A stretch of DNA of 63,738 bases, filler included, from Guillardia theta CCMP2712 (GCF_000315625.1; 4 parts of 4 records of this genome joined end to end with filler, not necessarily neighbours in it); one strand, 5' to 3'. Counted from the whole stretch's first letter, positions 1 through 13,698 are shown. Notes: generated by a model from the sequence alone, not told the origin. Translations and numbers: made by a program.

Positions 1-92
1 AGAGTTGACAGAGTTTTACTTCCAAATTAAGTTGACAGTGACAAGTTGTTGCTTGTAGGCTTCGTTTCTTATTTACATCTAAGTTTGAGAGT

Positions 93-1661
93 CACTCAGA
101 GTTACCCTCGCGCTGGCCGCAGCCTCGCTTGAACTCGGCAGCGTCGTCGATGCCGGTAGCTGGTCGGAACTTGAACTTCCGGAAGGTACGGCAACCCCAG
201 GAGAGTCTTGATCCGGCGTGTCTTCCCCTGAGTCTACTTCCTAGAGAGCATGGGTGAGCAGAGGTTGACAGAAGAGACCGCAGGACTTACAGGAAGTTTC
301 TTGAGGCCTCGACGTCTCTGATACTTCTCGAAAACGTCCTTATCGTACACATACCCATGCTTCTTTACAAACCTGCCAACTATCGTCAGCACCAGCATAT
401 CGTCCTCTGAGCCATTCACCGATTGCGCAGCCCGTAGTCCAAACCGGAGGTGGCAGGGGCGGGCGCGTGATTGAGGGGCTTGTAGCCCAGCCGACGAAGC
501 ATCATGAAGAACCTGCCGCCAGCTTCACACGCGCAGCCATGGCATTGCAAGTCTGCTTACGCTCTGAGAGAAAACCTCTCGGGGTTGTCTTCGAACCACG
601 AATGCACGTCCTGCATGTCTTGTCAGCTCAACTCCCCGTCACTCCCCCGTTGTCTCCTCCTACCTTCCACCACTGGTCCACGTTGTGCACTTCCCACATC
701 TTCAGGCCGAGGGGATTCAGCTTGGGATCCGAGCTCTCATCCACATTCTCCAAGCTGACAACTCCTTTCGACTGCTCGTCCTTGAGGAAGAGTCGGAACG
801 CCATGGCCTGGTTCGCCTGCCCTGAAGAAGAACCTGCCTCGCTCCTCTGCGCCAGAGCTTCTCGCTGCCACTTGTTGCCGGCACTCTTACGTCCTCTCTT
901 GCCGCCATCGTCTGAGGATGATGCCAAGCTCTGGCTCTCATCAAAACTTCGCTTCTTGCTCTCAGTAATTGACTGCTGAATCACTTCCAAACCAGCACCC
1001 GTGTACTGTGGTTTCGGAGCTAGAATGATCGACTTCGACGCGATTTGACCAATCTGACCAATCTGCCTCATAGTTTGATTGAAAACGATCGGCGGCTTCT
1101 GCGTTAGAGATGACTGAGCAAATGGCAAATGGTGAAGGGAGCCTGGAGGGTTGTTCTGCTGCGTAGCCGTGTTTAGACTGTTGAAATTAGCCTGCAACGA
1201 GGTTGAAACGAAAGGAAAAGTGCTATACAGATTATTTTGTTGCAGGAGAAGGAGTTCTGGTGACAGATTGGAGATGGAAGACGATGCTAGCTTGCTGTCG
1301 ACCATCCCACCGAGCGGGTTCCATTGATTCTTCCAGCCCTTCGATGAGCCAGGGCTGTTCAAGTCGTTGGGACTCGCCAGATCAGGATTTCTGTGGGCAG
1401 GAGCATAGGAGATGGGTGGGGCTCTTTGCGAAGAAATTTGTCCAGGCCCAAGGCATTGGAAGTGGTCAGAAAGCTGAGTCCGGATGAGTGAGGAAGCTGC
1501 ATCATGGCAGACACGTCGAGACTAGCAAGGGGGTTGGTTGGGCCAATGCCGACAATAGGATTGATGACCCCGATCTGCATGTTCAAGTTCTGCGGTTGAA
1601 GTTGCTGGTGGTCTTGTGACGGTGTGCTGAGCTGCTTGTTTAGCAAATGATCTTCCATCAA
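93..1661 (-). CDS. Multi-exon hypothetical protein: Q/N/S-rich N-terminus, basic NLS-like patch, globular C-terminal domain (possible DNA-binding regulator)
   Basis: ORFs 1359-1661, 628-1362 and 234-419 plus short introns give ...GGKRGRKS...AFRLFLKDEQSKG...DVHSWFEDNPERFSLR...RFFMMLRRLGYKP...GRFVKKHGYVYDKDVFEKYQRRR. The first junction could not be resolved. No family confidently recognised. Confidence 0.55.
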
Positions 1662-3849
1662 AGTTCAGCCAAGCTCCTTCTGCCCACCTTCCTTGTCATT
1701 CAGACTTTGCTCCAGGGACTCTTAGCAACCTACAAGCCCTGCATTCATATGCACCTTAAGCCTGATGTTTTCTGAGAGCAGGGCTGATCATATCTGGATA
1801 TATCTGATGAGGCTTGTTTCTTCAAGAGAGTGGCAGGGAGAAACAAAGAGGAGAGTGCAAGTGAACGCAAGCTCGAGGAAGCGACAATGTACGGACCAGG
1901 AAGAGAAGTGGGAGAAGTTAGGAGTCCGCGACGGGAGAAGTAGGAGAGAGGATACAGGAAGGATCGATGGTTATGATGAGAAGAATCAAGGGGAGCGGGT
2001 GAAGGAGAGGGAGCAGAGGAGGTGAGGGTCAAGCCGAACTCGCGTTCTGAGGGCTATGGGGGACAGTCAAGGAAGGATTGCCGCGGCAGGGGTGGGGTGA
2101 TATAGCAAGAATCTCGAGATTGAATTTCAACTACCCCCTACCCCCCATCCCTAGAACATGAAATAGGGCATAAGGGTCAATCCCATGGGGGTAGCTTCCT
2201 TCTCCGGATCGCAACGGTTGGGTGTCGCGAGTCTATGGGTGGGGTAGGTGGGGGTAGTCCACTTCATCGCAATTGTTCCAGACTGCAAGGGTGGTCTTAT
2301 ATGAGGGTGGGTGGTTGGTAGATTCGAGGGTACAAGGAGGGAGACACGACCAGGGTGGTCAACAAAAAAGAGGTCATTCCGTAGGGTGGGGTCATATGGA
2401 CAGCGAAAGAGACGCAAGGTACCCAGATATACGAGTAGATGACCGACGGGGTGGGTGGTGTTCTGGCTAGCTAGTCGGCATCTTGGGCGAGGGGGTTAAA
2501 CAGAAGAGGGTCAGAGGGGGGTGAGGGGGTGGTCGCTAGCTCACGAGACAGGCGTTTAACGCGTTATTTGTTTTTGAGATACACCCGAGTCATGAGCGCT
2601 GGGTGGGGGTAGGGGTAGGGGTAGGGTTGTAAAGCACGGGGGTTGGTTGTAATGGGTGTAAACTAAGGATGGAGAGGGTGGGGGTGGGTGGGGAGAGACG
2701 GTATCACCCGGCAAAGGCGAGGTCAAGATGAGAGGTCCAGGGCACTAGTGAAGCTCATAGTAAATCAATGAGGTATACCCCCCACTTCTCCTGCAGTCAA
2801 AACCAAAGGAGAGTCGCCTGGCTCCTGTCGCCAATTTGTATTTTTTTATTGCCAGGGGTAAAAGCACCTTCAGAGCTGATTGCACGGGTAGTGGTACACT
2901 AGCGGGATATGAACTAGGGGGTAGGAAAAGGGAATGGAGTATGGTTGGGTAAGTGAATTGTTTGGGTAGGGGTATAGTGGTGGGTGGGTTTCAAATTTGT
3001 AGGTGGAGTCCGTGTTGCGAAGAGGTCAAGTAGACCTCCATCGGATTTAAACTTGAGGAACAACATAGAGTTGAGGCTGCAGGGGGGGTGGGTATAGATG
3101 ATAAGATGCAGGGTAGAACCATACTGCTTAGGCTTGCACTATGAGGTCCTCGTGTGGGTGGGTTAAAACAAGAAATTCTGAGGGGGTGGGGTGAGGGGGT
3201 CATCCAATAGGGTTAGAACGAAGAGGACAATCAGTTCAACCTCGAGATTGCAGATCCCGTGCCACACTACTTGATACATTATGAATTGAAGGGGTGTGTA
3301 ATGAATCGTTGCATTTTAACGGCGACGAAAAGGCGCAGGACAAGAAAGTCGACCTCGAGATTGCGCGCTTCCCCTTAACCACTTTACCACAGCACCTCTT
3401 TTAGATTTAGCAGGACCCCCACCCATCCAATAGTGGTGATGGTACCCCGTTCATACTGGTTTGAACGACTGTCAATGTGCTCCGGGGCGGACTTCTCGGA
3501 GTTTGTTCGTGAAACGTTGCGGTTTGAGGGTCGATCAGCGTATCCCTCGTCCCCCCTCATGTCCTTGCATCGTTTCCTCCCCGTGCCCACGACGTGCCCG
3601 TCATCCCCTTCGCAACTTGGACCCCCACCCCCTACTCTGATGCGCCCCCTCGGGTTCCCGGAAGGGTGGGGGCCTCATCGCCTTCTCTTTCAGTACTATG
3701 GTGGTCCGGTCTGTGAACTCGGCCGGGCCCGGCGAGGGCGGCGGAGACTCCGGCGGGCCGCAGATCAAGTGCCATGGCGGCCCGGTAACACTGAATTCTG
3801 AGGCGAGCCCTGCATTTCACTCCCCAAGTAGCTCGAGGCTTGAGGAGAG

Positions 3850-3893
<44 letters not shown>

Positions 3894-4109
3894 GAGGAGA
3901 GAGGAGAGAGGAGAGAGGAGCGAAGATAAGGGAAAAGTAAGAGGAGGGAGGTGACAAGATTGGCGAAGAGAGCATACGGTAGGGAGGGAGAGGATGGGCA
4001 AAAGGAGGGAGGAGCATGCATACTCGGAGGAGGGAAACCAAAAGCGGAAGGAAGATCAGGGCGCACGAGTAAGAGTGGAGCGACGGGCGAAGGTGACAGC
4101 AGAGGTTCG

Positions 4110-5474
4110 CATGGTTGCTCAGATAGTTCTCCCTGGGAAGCGAAAGAGGATGGTAGCAGCGGAGAGACCAGCAGGGATGGGGCAGCGGGAGCTAGAGGAT
4201 CTGAGGGAGGACGAGGGCTCCTCTCCTCTGTCGTCCATAACTGAGATGGAGAGAGAGGAGGAAGTCAACCTCGCGTCCAAGTCTTGCAGGCCCGAGGAGA
4301 TGGGGGTCGCTCGATGGGTAGGGGAACGAGTGGGGAGGGAGGAAGAGAACGAGCTGTACGAGAGTTTCGCCAAGAACGGAGACGTGATCTCCCTGCTCGA
4401 CTGCGTCTACGTGAAACCGGAGGAGAAGGACCAGGCTGCGGTGAGGCGCCGCCATGCTGACTGGCGATGAGTTGAGATGCAGTATATCATGAGGATTCGA
4501 AAGCTGTGGGGATGCTCGACGACCGGGCAGATGAAGTTCCGCGGTCAGTGGCTGTACAGGCCACAGGATACGAAGCATGGCAGCTCGTGCTGCCTGCATG
4601 CTCGTGAGGTGACGCAGAGGCAGGGGGGGCACAAGAGTGAGGAGGGGAGGGAAGAGGAACAAGCAAGCTGGGAGACGGTCTCTGATCAACAAGCTTGCAG
4701 GTGTTTTTGAGTGACTGGGAAGATGAAAATCCGATCGACTGTGTGCAAACCAAAGTGAGTGCGACAAAGAGAAGGGGAGGGGCAAGGGGTAGAGGGAGAA
4801 GGCGAGGCTGATGGCTGCCGGGGGAGCAGGAGAGAGGAGGAGAGGAGGGAAGAGGTGTGAAGCATGAGAAAAGTGACGGGTGTTGCTCTCATCGCAGTGT
4901 AATGTTCTCTTCCTCGACAAGCCTCCGACAAGGGAGGCTGATGCTTCTGACTCCTGCCAACCCTCCTCTCCTCTTGGACGAAGATTTCATTATGTCTGCT
5001 GGAGATCATACAGGTACCTCAGACAATCCTTCCCCGCCCCTCCTACCTCCTCATCCTTTGCCCCTTGTATCCTCCTTTTTTTCCCTCTCCTCCCCCTTCC
5101 CCCCTTCTCCTTCTCCTCCTCCTCCTCCTCCTCCTCCTCCGTCTTCTGACTCTTGGTTTCTCGCCTCAGTGTTCACACGGGGGAGATCAGAGAGCTTGCA
5201 GACTCGTTGCCAGGGAGGAAGAAGACGAACCCTATGAGCCAACGGCTGAAGGAGCTCCGGGGGGAGCAGGAGGTCATCGGGGGGAGGGAGCGTGCATGTG
5301 CTGAGCATAAGGCAGGTGCTGCTTCTCCAAGTGAGCGACGGGCGGGTAAGAGCAGCGCTTGTGTCTGGCAACGTTGATACTCCTCTAGCGCGCCAGGGAG
5401 GCCATGCAAGAGGCTGGCCACTTGTACGCCGACGCTCTGTCGAGGTAAAGGAGGAGGAGGGAGGAGGAGGCTGA
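4110..5474 (+). CDS. BAH (bromo-adjacent homology) domain chromatin protein, multi-exon; ends approximate
   Basis: Spliced LYESFAKNGDVISLLDCVYVKPEE / YIMRIRKLW..GQMKFRGQWLYRPQDT..HARE / VFLSDWEDENPIDCVQTK / CNVLF matches the BAH consensus. Confidence 0.8.
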
Positions 5475-5911
5475 AGCTGCTCCACCATGCCCATCCAGCA
5501 CATCTCGCGCCTCATCCTCTCGCAGCAGACTTACACGCTAGTCCTGCGAAAGAAGCTGCCGGCAGCAAGGCAGCAAGTGACAGCAGCAGCCACCATGCGA
5601 CGCCACAACGCGAGAAGTAGATCATCTCCTGCCAGCCTCTTCCCCTCTACCTGCCCTCCAACCCCCCTCCTCCTGCATTCCGGCCCAATCCTCCTCCCCT
5701 TCTCATCCCGCCCGTTCTCATGCTTTGCAGACTTCCTGGAGCTCGAGCTGTTTGCCGTCAAGCTCAGCGAGCAGAGGAAGGGACTAGGCAGGAGGAGGGA
5801 GGAGGGAGGGGGGTGGGGGTGAACAATTGTTGTGCTGGTCGTTTCCTCCTATCCAAGGTGGTGGCGCATTCAACTCTGCACGGGTGAGGAGTGGCGGACG
5901 ACGAGAGAAGG

Positions 5912-5946
<35 letters not shown>

Positions 5947-6299
5947 GAGGCGCAGGCCTGAGGACCTGCGGGTGACACTGGGAGCAGGTTGAGATGGATC
6001 CTCACGTACGCTGATGACACCGCCGTTCCTTTCTTCCTCTCCTGTGGCTTCACCCGCAAGGTTTTTGCAAGCCTCTCCTCTCCTCTCCTCTCCTCTCCTC
6101 TCCTCTCCTCTCCTCTCCTCTCCTTCCCTCCCTCCCTCCCTCATTCTCATCGACTTCACAGGTGACGATCGCTAAGAGCGTCTACGCCCCCGTTATGACC
6201 GAGTACGAGCACACGCTGCTGCTCCAGGTCTGCCTCCTCCCCTTCCTTTTCCTTCCAGCCTGATCCTTGTTGGCAACAGCGTGACATTGAGATTGAGGG

Positions 6300-9200
6300 A
6301 ATCAGCGATCATTCAGACTATCCCTTCCTCTTTTGACAAGCTGGGAAAACCTCGTCCCCTTCCTTCAGCCGTTCTTCCCTGTTGCCAGCATCTCGCGTGC
6401 TCGTCGCAGTCTGCGACTGTTCTTGCCGTCCTCCTCCTCCTCTCCGCCCATCGCACGCAGGGCATCTTCTGCTGCCTCATGCGGCCTCCGCAACCTGGTG
6501 AACGTCAGTGAGCGACTATCTTCCTCCTCCTACCTCAGCAGAACTTCGCTCCTGTTGCCCCACAGTTGTCGCTTCAGCCGCGTCTCTTTCCAGCACAGGA
6601 GGAGGGCGAACGAATAGCAGAAGAGAGCAGCAGGATAGTCGCTGACCTCTGCCATCTTCTTGTTCCCTCGCATCTTCACCTCCTCTGCCAACTTTGTACA
6701 AATTCTCCTCAAAGCATTCTCCTCCTCCTCCTCCTCCTGCTTCCCCATCTCCTCCTCTTCCCCCTCCTCCTTGCTGTCTCTTGTCAAGGAGCATGCAACC
6801 CTCTGCAGTGTCGCTAGAGCTTCTTGGTTCAGGATTCCTCGCCGCCCTTGTCGCATCATCTATGCAGGAGGCTTCAACATCCTCTTCGAGCTCCTTCCTC
6901 CTCTACCTTGAGCGCCAGCGCTATCGTCTCTGCTGCCGTCCCTGTCATCTGCGCCAGGATGAAACTCTCGCCGCTTTCCTCAAGGTCGAAGAAGCCCTGC
7001 ATCAGCTCATCCTCCTCCTCCTCCTCCTCCTCCTCCTCCTCCTCCTTTACCTTCACCCACCACACCTTTCCTTGAGCTGCCTCGCCTTCTTCAGTCTTTG
7101 CCGCCTCTCCTTCCAAGTCCACAGCAACTGCATCTCTTGGTTCAGCAGGAGCTGAGAAGTTTGCGGACGAGGAGGAGAGAGAAACGAGCAAATCGAGGCG
7201 CGAGGAAGAAGAGGAGCAAGTAAAGGGAGAGGAGGACAGGAGGAAGGAGCTCAGGGGAGGTGGGGTTGAAGGGGAGGAGGAAGCTAGGGTCCATCTGACC
7301 GGCAAGCAGGCGAACCAAGCGGTCTGGCATGCCCTCAGCGTCCAGCTGGAGGAGGAGATCGCCGCAGCCGCCGGCATCTCTGCTGGCTTCAGCGAGGAGG
7401 AGGAGGTTGAGGAGCGAGTCTGAGAGCCCCAGTATCCCCGCCTGCTCCCTCGACCTTCAGCTGCTCCTTCCTCCCTCTCCATCTCGCACCCACCTGCAGC
7501 TCGAGTAGACTGCTTCCCCTCTTATCGTCCTGGCAGCGCACGAGCGCCTTCCCCTGCTTCAGCTGCTCCTCGACATGCCGGAAGCAGCTGAGAAGCAGAG
7601 GCAGGTAGCCGCTCAAGCTGAAGATGACGAGGATGATCACGAGAAGCCACATGATGACGATGAAAGTGAGAATGAATGAAAAAATGAAAAAATGAATGAA
7701 AGAGGGAGGGAGTTGAGTGATGCATCTTTGAGCTATGGGGAGGAAGAGGAGGCTTACATGATTCGCTTCCGTAGCTGGAGGAGATGCAGAGAAACCTCAT
7801 GAGCAGAATACCTGAAGCAAGTGAGATGACGCGGAGAGGGAGAGAAAAAAGATCGACGAGAGCGAGTTAAAGAGAAGAAGCAAGAGAGAGAAAGAGCAAT
7901 GGGCAGCATCCGAAAAAGCATCAGGTAAATGAGGGCGACGTGGACAAGGACGAGGAGAAAGGGGTTAGGAAGCGAACATGTCCGGATGACGCGAGAGCGA
8001 GGAGATGATGTAGGCGATTGGCTCGAGAATCTGCTGACTTGTTAGCAAAGAGAAGCGGAAAGGACGAGGGAGAGGCGAGGAGGGGACAGGAGACAAGGAA
8101 GTCGAAGGTAACAACAAGCAAGGACAAGGTGAAGAAGAAAAGGGAGCGAAGAAGTTGCTGGTCGAGGTTGGAGGGCAGGGAGGCACCTGAAAATCATTTT
8201 GGAGGGCAGGAGGGAAGGAGGAGCTGCTCAGGTTCAGAGGCGATGAGAGCATATGAGGGCATACCAGTAGGAGGCCTCGAGGTAGGAGAAGAGCTCCTTC
8301 ATGTTCTCCTGCGCCAGGCACGCGATGCAACGTCACAGATAAGGCACGGGGAGGCACCAGAAGGAGGGGAAGAGAAGACGAGGATACACCGGTCATGTCA
8401 TCTCCTCCTAGAACCACCCCTTCCTCCTCCTTCTACCTGCTGCCCACACCTCTGCTCCTCTCTTCTCCTTGCAGGTTTCCTCTACTACACATGCTACTCC
8501 ACAATCGCCACTTTGGCCATTTTCAATATCATGACATTTATCAACATCTACATCTACATCTACATCTACATCTACATCTACATCTACATCTACATCTACA
8601 TCTACATCTACATCTACATCTACATCTACATCTACATCTACATCTACATCTACATCTACATCTACATCTACATCTACATCTACACATCTACATCTCCATC
8701 TTCATCTTCATGACAACCATCGTGTCATTCACCTCAATGGATTCACCAAATTCAGGTACGTCAGGACGTGCAAGGCTCAGACAACAAATCTGAAGGGAAG
8801 GTAAGAAAGAAGAAAGGGAGGAGTAGGCAGAGATCTCAAGGAGCGACGAAGAGAAGAAAACCCGGGGGGGAGGCACAAGGTGAAAGAGGAGGAGAGGAGG
8901 AGTGGAGGAGAGGAGGAGACGAAGAGGACTTCAGGACCTGCGCGATGGACTGGCCGGAGGATTCAAGGAGGTGAAGACGGAAGACGTCGGAGCCCGTGAG
9001 AGGATGCGGGGGCGAGCGATAGAGCTCGCGGTACTCCTGCTGCTTCTGCTCATACTCCTCCTTCTGCATGGCTGGGCAGGATGAGAGACAAGACAAGAGC
9101 CTCAAGTCAAGATCGCATGTTGCTACCGGATGCATGCAGGAGACACGCCATGACGTCTGTCAACGAAGAACTTCGAGCCTAACGAGCACACTAACCAACA

Positions 9201-11134
9201 AACATGAAGCCGAGCAGTGAGATGGTTCTGAAGGGGAGGAGCAGGAGGAGCAGGAGGAGCAGACACCATCGAGCAAGGCCCTTACCCTTTTGCTGATGAG
9301 AAGGAAGGGATCCAACACGAGCAAGCTCTGAGCATGGCAAGTGAAAGAGTGAAAGTAAGGGTCCTGAAGGTGAAGCTTGTCCTCGCCTGCAGGATGGAGA
9401 GGATGGAAAGTCTCGACCAGGGCAGAAGGCGACTGAACATGGCAAGTGAACCAGCAGGTCAAAAGAGATGATGTAGCTTGAGAGATGATGTAGCTTGAGA
9501 GATGATGTAGCTTGAGAGATGATGTAGCTTGAGAGATGATGTAGCTTGAGAGATGATGCAGCTTGAGAGATGATGTAGCTTGAGAGATGATGTAGCTTGA
9601 GAGATGATGTAGCTTGAGAGATGATGTAGCTTGAGAGATGATGTAGCTTGAGAGATGATGTAGCTTGAGAGATGATGTAGCTTGAGAGATGATGTAGCTT
9701 GAGAGATGATGTAGCTTGAGAGATGATGTAGCTTGAGAGATGATGTAGCTTGAGAGATGATGTAGCTCTGACCTCGGTTGGTCCAGCACAAGTTGCACGC
9801 ATGCTTTCACGGCCCCTGCTTCATGCGCCTTATCTCAGCTCGCACCTCAACGCCTCCCTACCGCTATCAGCTAGCAGGCATGCGACAGGCTTGAGCCGCG
9901 AGCTGTCCTGTAGGGACGTGAGAGGAGGCGCCAGAGGTGACAGCAGAGACGAGGAGGAGGAAGCATCTGCCAGCATTGAGTGCGCGCCTGCCGCCAGACC
10001 CTCAGCATCACCTTGACAGCAGGTCCACGACCAGGCAGACAGTGGCTGCCTCCTCTGACTCGAGAAGCTTCGCCAAAGCCTGCACAGAGAGCCTGAGACG
10101 AGGCGTGCGACAAGAATGTGAGAAGCCAGGGATAGGAATAGGAGGAAAGATCGCAAGTATCGACCATCATGGAGGGTAAGCTCAGCAGACTGTCGAGAGT
10201 AGCCTGTATGCCGCAGATGATGAAGAGAAAACAGCAGAAGCATCAGAGTTACCTCCAAACTGCCGCGATTGGGACAAGAGGATTGAGAAATCTACAGGAG
10301 AGCTGAGCAGAGGCAGAGGAGTCAAGGGGGAGACGTGTTCCATGCTCGAGATTATGTCCACTAGTCTTGCTCTCCTCTGCATCTTTGCGCTAACACACTG
10401 ACGTCAAGTCGCAAAATCTCTCTCCCCTCCTCACCTTTCCGACGCATCCCCGACGTTCCGCATTCCCAAGGTCTCCCACACCTTGTCAGGAATGTCCTCG
10501 CCCACCGCGTCCCTGCAGGGCATGAGCAAAGGCAGCAAGCAGGAGACGTACGAGGCCTGGGCTTGGAGCATGGATTCCATGGTCTTCATCTCTTCGGCCA
10601 TCGAAACGTCTGGATGGTTCAGAGCTCGCTGTACAGCCGGCAATCGCATGACATGCTCGATGGCTGTCTCCTGTTGATCTCCTCGACTTGTCAAGGTTTC
10701 TAGCCAGAGGAGGGTAAGGATTGCCATGTCTCTCTGTGACCCACCTACACCTTCTTGTCTCCCGTTGCTGCCGTTACCCTCATCTTGCCAAGACGTTGAG
10801 CATGGGACATGGCAGGATGAGACACTCACTCTGATCTACTTCTTCTCCTGCCCATTCTCTTTCAAGACGTTTTCTTTCTATCTCCCACCTGTATCCCTGT
10901 TACGGCGATTGAGATCCTATGAGCTGATACCTTGATATCCACTCTCTCTTCTCCTCCTCTTCTTCGTCATCGTCTATGTTCTCCATCAACTTGTCCCATC
11001 TATCCCAATGTGTTAGTGAGCAGCAAACACATTTCATGCTCCTCCTCTTTCTCCTCTTTCTCGTCCTTTCTCTCCCGTCTTCTTCGCCGGTTCTGCACTC
11101 GAAGAGCACTTGACATACTTGCGGTAGTCGACCA
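6300..11134 (-). CDS. One or more multi-exon hypothetical genes; the first starts with a DYxKWD motif
   Basis: Spliced start [22 protein letters not shown] resembles the DYSKWD N-terminal motif of Cdc37 and some co-chaperone proteins. Downstream exon-like ORFs at 10431-10829, 6874-7482 and 6530-6859. Gene number and 3' end unclear. Confidence 0.35.
8545..8693. repeat. (CATCTA)n microsatellite
   Basis: Directly visible hexamer array. Confidence 0.95.
9464..9767. repeat. 17-bp minisatellite (AGAGATGATGTAGCTTG), about 18 copies
   Basis: Near-perfect tandem array without spacers. Confidence 0.95.
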
Positions 11135-11324
11135 TGGTGACTGATGCAGACTTCAACCTATACCAACATGAGGCGAGCAAGATATGACTTGTCACGATCN
11201 NNNNNNNNNNNNNNNNNNNNNNNNNNNNNNNNNNNNNNNNNNNNNNNNNNNNNNNNNNNNNNNNNNNNNNNNNNNNNNNNNNNNNNNNNNNNNNNNNNNT
11301 GATGCTCCTCATGTTGGGGGCTGT

Positions 11325-11745
11325 TCTCTCCATCTCTCCATCTCCATCTCCCCATCTCTCCATCTCCATCTCCATCTCCATCTCCATCTCCCCATCTCCA
11401 TCTCCCCATCTCCATCTCCATCTCCATCTCCATCTCCATCTCCCCATCTCCATCTCCATCTCCATCTCTCCATCTCCATCTCCATCTATCTCCCCATCTC
11501 CATCTCCATCTCTCCATCTCTCCATCTCTCCATCTCCATCTCTCCATCTCCATCTCCATCTATCTCTCCATCTCCATCTATCTCTCCATCTCCATCTCCC
11601 CATCTCCATCTCCATCTCCATTTCCATCTCCATCTCCATCTATCTCTCCATCTCCATCTCCATCTCCCCATCTCCATCAGGTCATCGCACACGGGGTGAA
11701 CTCTTCATCTTCATCTTCATCTTCATCTTCATCCTCATCCCATCT
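11325..11745. repeat. Degenerate (CATCTC)n/(CATCTT)n microsatellite next to an assembly gap
   Basis: Directly visible. Confidence 0.9.
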
Positions 11746-12649
11746 TGCTCGTAATTCGCTTGCAAGCACGATACTTTGTTCTCCTGAATCCCTACCCCTA
11801 CTTAGGAGTGCAATAAACGGGGTGGTGTGAAGTACCGGTACATCATTCCGATCTCTTAAATAGTAGGAACGTACGTGGGAAGGGGTGGGTGTAAGGGGGG
11901 TAGGGGGTAGCTGATTTGATCCAGAGGGGGTAGGGTAATGCGGCTGCTGGCACACGCGCATTGAGATTGTTGTTTCCCATAAAGGGCCTTTCATTGTGTT
12001 TAAAATTAAAATTTGTTACATAATTTCAATTTTTAGCTGAAAATATTCTGATTGGAATCTAATAGTGGGCTAAGGAGGAGCTCTGACGATAACAAGCCAA
12101 CAGCGTGTGGGCGAAGAGAGGAGAGGAAAGGGAGATAAGGTTGCGAGAGAAGAGCCAAGACGATGAGAAGCAGATGAAGCAAGAAACAACAAGATGAACA
12201 GCATGGCTCAAGCAGACGATGTGCACAACTGCATGGCTCAAGCAGATGGTGTACACAACTGCATGGCTCAAGCAGATGATGTAGAGAATAGCATGCAGAG
12301 ACAGACCGATGGTGGGGATGCATAACGCAGGAAGAGGCGAGAACAAGGATAGTGGTAATGCACATGACAAGGAATCATATCACGAGGATGAGAAGTGAAC
12401 GTGGTGGCGATAACGAAGGATTTTAATCATGGAGAAGTGAAAGTTGGAAGACGTAGGTAAGGAGGAGAGCAGGTAGTCGAAAAGGTGATGACGATCCAAG
12501 GCATGCTCGCAGTAATCCATCCTGGGTTTGCCACCAGATGGTTCGGCTCTGAACCTGCTCCCTGCAATTTTTTTCCGCATTGTCTTGCGAGTAGTTGACT
12601 CCGAAATGAGCAGGGGCCCGCGAGTTGGGAGTGTCGAGGGCATTCAGAC

Positions 12650-13526
12650 ATGGCAGCACCGCTAGATGGAGCAGGAGTGGAGGACATCGACCTATGTCGA
12701 TCCTCTCTCCTCGTTGAACAGAAGAGAATCTTCTTGAACTTGAGAGAGAATGCACGTGGACGGTACCTCCGAATCGCTGAGGTGTGTTGTCCTCAGGTTT
12801 TACCACCTGACATGCAACTCAGGTGACAGGAAGCAACCGATCTACCATCATCATTCCTTCTTCCGGTTTGATGCAACTTCGCAGCCTGCTCGACGAGTTC
12901 ATTGAGTACGCATTTTACATGTTGAAGTTTAAAGCAGTGATGATCCTTCAGACATGACAACGGAGTGGCCATGGGACAACAGGCGATGCTTGGGGTTAGA
13001 TCCATGGGCAGTTCTGGGTCTTTGATGACGTCTCTGATAGGACAACTATGGCGCAGTGGACATGAAGAAGAAGCCAGTCCGCAAGCCAAGGCGGGCTGGA
13101 GGCTTAGAAAACGGCGAAGGGACGGAGGGAGACGAAGATAGGAAAGTTTTCGTTGGAAATCTGTCGTGGTCCACAAACTCGGAGCAGTTGAAGAATCACT
13201 TCGATGTTTGTGGAGAAGTCGTCCGTGCTGATGTCAGCGCCCGACACATCTTGTCGCCATTCTGATACTGGCAAAGGTGTTCACGGAACGTTCTGGTCGC
13301 TCGCGTGGATGCGGCATTGTTGAGTTCACCTCGCCAGACGGGGTCGACTCTTGAGTGGAATCAAGAGGCAAGTGTGCTCACATGATGGCAGGCGCACAAT
13401 GCCATGATGATGATGAACAACTCTGAACTAGACGGAAGAAGCATCTTCGTGAGTTCAATGCCCCTCTCATCATATCAGGCCTGACTCGCACATTGCTTGT
13501 GATAGGTCCGCGAGGATCGTGGATGA
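12650..13526 (+). CDS. Single PUR (Pur-alpha) repeat fused to a C-terminal RRM; multi-exon nucleic-acid-binding protein
   Basis: Spliced MAAPLDG...LLVEQKRIFLNLRENARGRYLRIAE/VTGSNRSTIIIPSSGLMQLRSLLDEFIE is a PUR repeat. KVFVGNLSW (RNP2)...RSRGCGIVEF (RNP1)...LDGRSIF/VREDRG* is a Gbp/hnRNP-M-type RRM. Confidence 0.85.
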
Positions 13527-13698
13527 GACAGGCTTCATGGTGCATGAACGCATCTTACTTCCAAGGCAGGCTGGGGATAAGTTGTACGTTGAAATGGCGT
13601 GCCTCGAGTGTCAGCGATTGCGTGGTAGAGGAGCGTGAGAGGTCACGTGCTGGTAACTCGCATTCGTGTGAGCGGATGAGCTGGTCCGACCGGTTTTA

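Noticed and set aside
9464-9767. 17-bp array as CRISPR or as repeat protein ORFs
   Set aside because: No spacers. The ORFs in three frames are a by-product of the repeat.
12195-12285. 33-bp triple repeat (GCATGGCTCAAGCAGA core) as a Cys/His metal-binding peptide
   Set aside because: Short imperfect tandem repeat with no convincing gene context.
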